From: a candidate division FCPU426 bacterium
GTDB lineage: Bacteria > Oederibacteriota > PGYV01 > Palsa-1178
Assembly: GCA_963840035.1 (NCBI GenBank)
Contig: CAWIXE010000002.1
Coordinates: 864,001-928,000, forward strand
DNA length: 64,000 nt
Direction of reading: 5' to 3'
In this document: piece by piece, positions 58,973-64,000 of the stretch
Layout: each line of letters starts with the position of its first letter
Position numbering within the stretch: position 1 is the stretch's first letter
Made by a program: the position numbers and the translations under genes
The notes under the pieces: generated by a model
Told to the model about the DNA's origin: nothing
Seen by the model: only the letters and a program-made list of their open reading frames with translations
The model's database searches: none

Positions 58973-60904
58973 TTATTTTTCCAACTCCACCATAATAGCA
59001 TGTGGTACTTTAATTATTTCAAGATAATCTGGTTTAGATTCAAAAGCAATATCAACACCTCGGTTAGTAAAAATATCTATCGAATCCGGATTGAATTTAC
59101 TCTTTATTCTAGTAATAATGTCTTGTATATATTCATACTTAATCGTCTCAAGATTCTCATCTTTTTCTACAATACTGACCAAAGCTATCCTCGATCGCGC
59201 ACCTATGTGCTGAATTCCTATTTTAAAATCCATTTCACAATCTTTAAATAGATCTGTATGTTCTAAATTAGAAACATCGAGTAACTGATAGTCATAAGAT
59301 GTTAATAGTGATTCTTCTATGTGCGATGTACTTAAATTCCAATTAAAATCAATTTGCGAATTTTTGTTAAATCTAATGATCGATTCGCCTAGCGCATAGT
59401 AACTAAATCCTCCACCCCCATTCCACTTTACATTTTCTGTTATACCAGTGTCATCGGATCCATCTATAACAGATTTTAATCTTGGTATAATGTGTGTATC
59501 TGCGTGATCTCCAATCTCAACCCCGATCCAATTCATATTCATTTTATGCGCAACTGCAAGTGTAGTACCTGATCCAGCAAAACAATCTAAAACAATCTCG
59601 CCTTTTTTTGCCCCCGAAATTTCTATAATCCTTTTAACGAGCTTTTCAGGTTTCTTACTTTCCTTGAATTTAACTCCACCTTCATTTGATATGCCGTTGT
59701 ATGGAATATCCGTCCAAATATTAGTAAGCTGTTTTGTTGGCACTTGCTTTCCATCAATAGACTTAACCTTGCTGGAATAAAAATATATCTGTCTTCCATT
59801 CATTACATAAATTTCTTTATCTGTTCTATCGACCTTGAATATTTCCATCTCTTTTTCTTTTGACTTTTCTCTTGTTTCCACTATCTTTACTCCGGCATCA
59901 TCAGCAATTGCTGTAAGTTGAAACACCGACCTTGAATTCTTAAGTGCAAATTCTGCAATTTCAGACATAAAGTCAAGTTTCCCTATTTTTCCTACTGCAT
60001 CTTTAACTGAATTAAAACCTTTCAACTTTGCATAATATTCTTTAACGGGTTCTATTTTCCACTTTTTGTAATCGGAATCAATATTTACTACAATTTTACT
60101 ATAGCCTTCATCGTAATCACATTCTATATAACTTGTTTCATATTTATAGCATGTCTTATCTTTCGCATACATTAAAATATACTCAGCAGAGTCATATGGT
60201 GAAGGATTTACAGTTTTCAGACCAGACGGATCTGATGTTTTCACTGTGAAGATGTTAACAAAATTGTTTTTTCCAAATAGTTCATCTAGTAAGACTTTTA
60301 TATGAAATAAATTTTTTTGATCTAATTGAATACACAATGTACCTTCTTTTTTTAACAATTCATGCAAAATTACTAAACGGTCTCGCATTAGTGTCAACCA
60401 TTCTGATTGTGCTAAGTTGTCATCATAATGCTCGAAAGCTTGTCCCGTATTATAAGGCGGATCAATATAGATGCATTTTACTTTTTCTTGTTCATCTAAA
60501 TTTGAAAACTTCTTCTTCAAAGAATTCAGCGCTAATAAATTATCGCCTTTAATAAGAATATTTTTTTGTAGAGAATCTTCCTTTTTTTCTTCTACAACTT
60601 TATATACATTATTTTTGCCTATTGAACCATTTTTACTGCTAGTATAAACAAAGTATGTTTTATTATGAATTAATGGTCTTGCCTCTTTAATTCTTATGTC
60701 GCTTCTATTAACCCAATAAGGTGTTCTGCCCTTTCCAATTTCAGAATTGATTTCATAAAAAAGCGATTCATCTTTATTTACCCAATCAATCACAGGCGCT
60801 TGAACATCAGATTTTATCAGCTCATCTTTCTGTTTACTCAACATTATAGCTTTTTGTTTATTGTACCATTCTAACGAAAGAGATCCTTTATAACTTTTAG
60901 ACAT
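58973..60904 (-). CDS. mod: Type III RM DNA adenine methyltransferase Mod subunit
   Basis: GDNLLAL, IYIDPPYNTG, KPEKL, LDCFAGSGTT..AHKM (beta-class order); abuts res. Confidence 0.92.
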   Translation of the reverse strand: MSKSYKGSLSLEWYNKQKAIMLSKQKDELIKSDVQAPVIDWVNKDESLFYEINSEIGKGRTPYWVNRSDIRIKEARPLIHNKTYFVYTSSKNGSIGKNNVYKVVEEKKEDSLQKNILIKGDNLLALNSLKKKFSNLDEQEKVKCIYIDPPYNTGQAFEHYDDNLAQSEWLTLMRDRLVILHELLKKEGTLCIQLDQKNLFHIKVLLDELFGKNNFVNIFTVKTSDPSGLKTVNPSPYDSAEYILMYAKDKTCYKYETSYIECDYDEGYSKIVVNIDSDYKKWKIEPVKEYYAKLKGFNSVKDAVGKIGKLDFMSEIAEFALKNSRSVFQLTAIADDAGVKIVETREKSKEKEMEIFKVDRTDKEIYVMNGRQIYFYSSKVKSIDGKQVPTKQLTNIWTDIPYNGISNEGGVKFKESKKPEKLVKRIIEISGAKKGEIVLDCFAGSGTTLAVAHKMNMNWIGVEIGDHADTHIIPRLKSVIDGSDDTGITENVKWNGGGGFSYYALGESIIRFNKNSQIDFNWNLSTSHIEESLLTSYDYQLLDVSNLEHTDLFKDCEMDFKIGIQHIGARSRIALVSIVEKDENLETIKYEYIQDIITRIKSKFNPDSIDIFTNRGVDIAFESKPDYLEIIKVPHAIMVELEK

Positions 60905-60914
60905 TTTTTCACTC

Positions 60915-63635
60915 CTATTTGTTTTTAAACCTACAAACGCAATCCGGCTTGTTACACGAATGGTCTAATTCGTTCTTTCGTATTGCATTTGCAGCATCAA
61001 TAATTTTCACTTTCATCTTATTAAGATCTTTTGATGTTAATTCGTTTTTAAAAGGCTCATTTTTATCCAAATTATATATTTCTAAAAAATCTGCATTTTC
61101 TCCGGTTAATTCTTTATAACCCAGAGCATATAACTGTAGCTGATCTATTGATGCATTATATGCCTGGGCATCTTCAGTTGATTTAAAATCAATAATTGTC
61201 TTTTCAAATGTGCCATCAACATTTTTACGCTTTATTAAGTCCATTTTACCATTAACTAGAATTCCATCTCCCAAATCAACCTGTATCTCTTTTTCTGCAA
61301 ACTCAATATGCTGAAATTCTTTCGAATTCTTGTCAAAATATATCTTTAACGATTCTTCGGCTCTTTGTGACATTTCTGCAATCATTTTATCCGTGGCGTA
61401 TGGAAAGTTCTTATGCCTATTCAATAATTCCGATAATTGATCTTTACTAATAACCTTCCCTGCAAGTGTTTCTTTGTGAAGTTCCATTAACGAGTTATGA
61501 ATAGCTGAACCGAAGCCCATTCTGGCGCCTCTTGGTGGCTGAAAACCGTAAAAAGTCCAGAATTTAAAACTATATGGACAATCAAAATATGACTTTAACA
61601 ACGAAAAATTTAAAGCAATATTTGCAGTCTCTATCGATGGTCTCGGTATAGTTTTTTCTCTTTCTGACCAGTTCCTTTCCAGGGATTGCATTACAAAGTC
61701 TGAAGTTCTTATTTCCGACCCAAAGATTGATTCTTTTTGTTGTTGTTTCCCGTCAGGTGCTCTAGAAACAATCAAAAACTTTTTGGATCTAGTAATTGCA
61801 ACATACATCAATCTACGCTCATCTTCTACATGAGGAAAATATCTGTCATAGTCCCGGATCAATGCCTTATCAATGAAGTGCCAGACTTGCTTTCCAGTCG
61901 GTTGACTAGTTGGAAGATAGTTCTTATTTAATCCAGGAATAAAAACAACAGGAAATTCAAGCCCTTTTGCCTGATACACAGTCATTATCTGTACCGCATT
62001 AGGCGTTTTATATGAATTATTCATCCAGCCTTCTGGATAGTAATCTTCAGCAGAGTATTTTAAAAAATTTAAGAAGGTATCTAGTTTATACGCAGGATTT
62101 GACGTTTTAAAATATACAGTTTCAAAATCATTAATTATCTGGCTAAACATTCCCAAATTATAGAATACGATTTCGTTGTTTCCATATCCACTTGCAGTAT
62201 GCGAATCAACAACAAAAGCCTCTTCACGTACCCCTGCTTTATCCAAAAAATCCATATATATTTCTTGAATATTGAACCGTTCATAATATGTGTCTCTATT
62301 TGGCACTTTTTTATTAAGCTGATTAATTGCTTGATCCAGGTCAGCATCTTGAATCCTATCCGATAATTCCTTCCAATGATGTTTTAATACTTCTTTATCA
62401 ATTTCTTCATTCAGATATTGAAAGATTGCTTTTGCAGCCCTGGCTTCAGGCCTCTGGAACAAATTATTTACTCCAGTGACGATAAAAGGTATGTTTTCGT
62501 GTTGTAATGTTTCTATAATTGCCTCAGCTTTCTTCCATTTACGAAGCAAGATTACAAAATCCGAATAGTCTAACCCTCGCTCTTCAGAATCTTCTTTATC
62601 ATTGAATTTAGTTCCTCTTAAATTTCTTATCGATTTAACAATAAAATCATTTTCACTTGCCACATCATTAAACTGGTTATAAATAATATCGCCTCTTTCA
62701 TATTTTTGAAAACCCTCTGCATTCATTGTTTTTGCAAGGCGATTAGTGTTATTTGTAATTACTTTTAATGCAACATCCACAATAGCGCCAGAGCTTCTGA
62801 AATTATCCTGCAATGGAACATAATCTACATTTTTATAACGATCTCTAAAATTTCTTATAAATTCAATATGCGATCCACGCCACTGAAAAATTGTTTGATC
62901 ATCATCTCCGACAACGCAAACATTAGCCCCCATCAGGTACAGCTGTTCAACAATCTGCTCCTGAACGGGATTTACATCCTGATATTCATCAACAATCAGA
63001 TATCCAATATTCTCGGCGATTTTTTGTTTGAACACATCATCATTCTTGATGTGCTCCAGAGCTTTAGTCATAATCATTGTAAAATCCATGTATGCATGAT
63101 CCATTAAAACTTTTTCATATTTTTCTTTTGAATCAAGAATATTTTGCGGTATAACTGCCCCCGGAACAAAATCAGATTCACGTACGATTCCCATCAATTG
63201 AATGAAATGACCGGTATCTTTAAAACGCTCCATATTTAGATCTTTCATGCCAATATTTCCAAAACTCCTATCAACAAAAAGTTTAAGTTTTACCTCATCT
63301 AAAACAGAAAATTTCTGGAACTCGTACTTATTTTGCTGAAGAATATTTAGACACCAGGAATGGATCGTTCCAACGTACATTTCAGCGATACCTGCAATTT
63401 CAGGTGCTTGTTCTCTACAAAGCTTCAAAATTCTTGCTTGTAGTTCTCCCGCTGCTTTTTCTGTATAGGTAAACGCGATAATTTTTGATGGACTAATTCC
63501 GCTTTTCAAAATGCTTATAATTCGCTGCGAAATAACCTGCGTTTTTCCCGAACCAGCGCAGGCAATTATTTGAAGCGCTTTATCAATAGTGTTGTAAGCT
63601 CGCTCTTGATCTTTAGTGTATTTTGGAATGGACAT
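60915..63635 (-). CDS. UvrD/REP-like SF1 helicase fused to a PD-(D/E)xK nuclease
   Basis: AGSGKT, VDEYQD, VGDDDQ.IF.WRG, NFRS, QAKGLEF, YVAITR; CPY..GKMDLI..IIDFK..QLQLY..CxxxxCxC. Confidence 0.92.
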   Translation of the reverse strand: MSIPKYTKDQERAYNTIDKALQIIACAGSGKTQVISQRIISILKSGISPSKIIAFTYTEKAAGELQARILKLCREQAPEIAGIAEMYVGTIHSWCLNILQQNKYEFQKFSVLDEVKLKLFVDRSFGNIGMKDLNMERFKDTGHFIQLMGIVRESDFVPGAVIPQNILDSKEKYEKVLMDHAYMDFTMIMTKALEHIKNDDVFKQKIAENIGYLIVDEYQDVNPVQEQIVEQLYLMGANVCVVGDDDQTIFQWRGSHIEFIRNFRDRYKNVDYVPLQDNFRSSGAIVDVALKVITNNTNRLAKTMNAEGFQKYERGDIIYNQFNDVASENDFIVKSIRNLRGTKFNDKEDSEERGLDYSDFVILLRKWKKAEAIIETLQHENIPFIVTGVNNLFQRPEARAAKAIFQYLNEEIDKEVLKHHWKELSDRIQDADLDQAINQLNKKVPNRDTYYERFNIQEIYMDFLDKAGVREEAFVVDSHTASGYGNNEIVFYNLGMFSQIINDFETVYFKTSNPAYKLDTFLNFLKYSAEDYYPEGWMNNSYKTPNAVQIMTVYQAKGLEFPVVFIPGLNKNYLPTSQPTGKQVWHFIDKALIRDYDRYFPHVEDERRLMYVAITRSKKFLIVSRAPDGKQQQKESIFGSEIRTSDFVMQSLERNWSEREKTIPRPSIETANIALNFSLLKSYFDCPYSFKFWTFYGFQPPRGARMGFGSAIHNSLMELHKETLAGKVISKDQLSELLNRHKNFPYATDKMIAEMSQRAEESLKIYFDKNSKEFQHIEFAEKEIQVDLGDGILVNGKMDLIKRKNVDGTFEKTIIDFKSTEDAQAYNASIDQLQLYALGYKELTGENADFLEIYNLDKNEPFKNELTSKDLNKMKVKIIDAANAIRKNELDHSCNKPDCVCRFKNK

Positions 63636-63859
63636 CTTACTCCCTGGGTATTTACCCCTACGCCTAAAATAAGACTTTAATGAACAGAATTATTACCTTT
63701 TACATTATCAAACAATTAACTTTAACATACCTTTTCAAATAGTTCTAGTACTTGTTCAAATTCCCAACACCGTGCCTTGACTCAAGACATTATACTAAAT
63801 TTCATTATATTTTATTAGTATTATATTTATAATTGCATAAATAACGCACATTTATTACT

Positions 63860-64000
63860 TTAAATTCGTTCTGTCACCCATTTTATTATTTCGTCTGTTG
63901 CGTCAACAACAAACTCCTGCCCCTTATCAGCGGCTTTAAAGTAACCTTTCTGCCAATTCTTATCCGTATGGTAGCTCATGCCCTTGAAATATTCCGGCAG
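63860..64000 (-). CDS. 3' end of an unidentified CDS (partial)
   Basis: Open frame ..LPEYFKGMSYHTDKNWQKGYFKAADKGQEFVVDATDEIIKWVTERI*; GC returns to background. Confidence 0.6.
   Translation of the reverse strand: MPEYFKGMSYHTDKNWQKGYFKAADKGQEFVVDATDEIIKWVTERI

Noticed and set aside
60915..63635. Housekeeping uvrD/pcrA or Gabija GajB
   Set aside because: Low GC, nuclease fusion and RM context; no OLD-family GajA partner in the window.
1..64000. Near-uniform minus-strand gene orientation as a special system
   Set aside because: Adequately explained by leading-strand gene bias.

Overview
Bacterial accessory region, about 45-50% GC, dropping to about 30% GC from roughly 52.8 kb. About 50 of the 53 genes I call lie on the minus strand. 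The left half (0-34 kb) is mainly envelope and secreted proteins: many lipoproteins with Thr-rich (T-x)n stalks, beta-barrels, PD40/TolB-like propellers, an LRR lipoprotein, DNRLRE-type lipoproteins and a GH5 cellulase. It also holds a histidine kinase, STAS proteins and an RluA-family synthase. The right half (29.5-63.6 kb) is a patchwork of single-gene modules (RhuM-Fic, AAA_14/DUF4143 ATPase, HipBA, Bro-N). It ends in a defence cluster: a TM-NTPase-TPR protein, a TM0106 nuclease, DUF4238, and a low-GC operon of UvrD-nuclease, type III Mod, type III Res carrying two C-terminal LexA/S24-like domains, and an unknown ORF. The intergenic DNA is rich in repeat families: GTAG-footed REP-like hairpins (including a 121-bp x8 tandem array), a CTGnnnCC motif family, nested insertions and 7-8-mer tracts. 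Next to these repeats are a captured DUF2075 gene fragment, an exact 28-bp copy of a gene 7.4 kb away, and strong polar G/C skews at gene ends. Together these suggest a repeat-driven, possibly ssDNA-based gene accretion process, though no transposase is in the window. No rRNA, tRNA or CRISPR was seen. All family calls come from motif recognition by eye, not database searches. The lipoprotein style tentatively recalls Ca. Goldiibacteriota (unverified).
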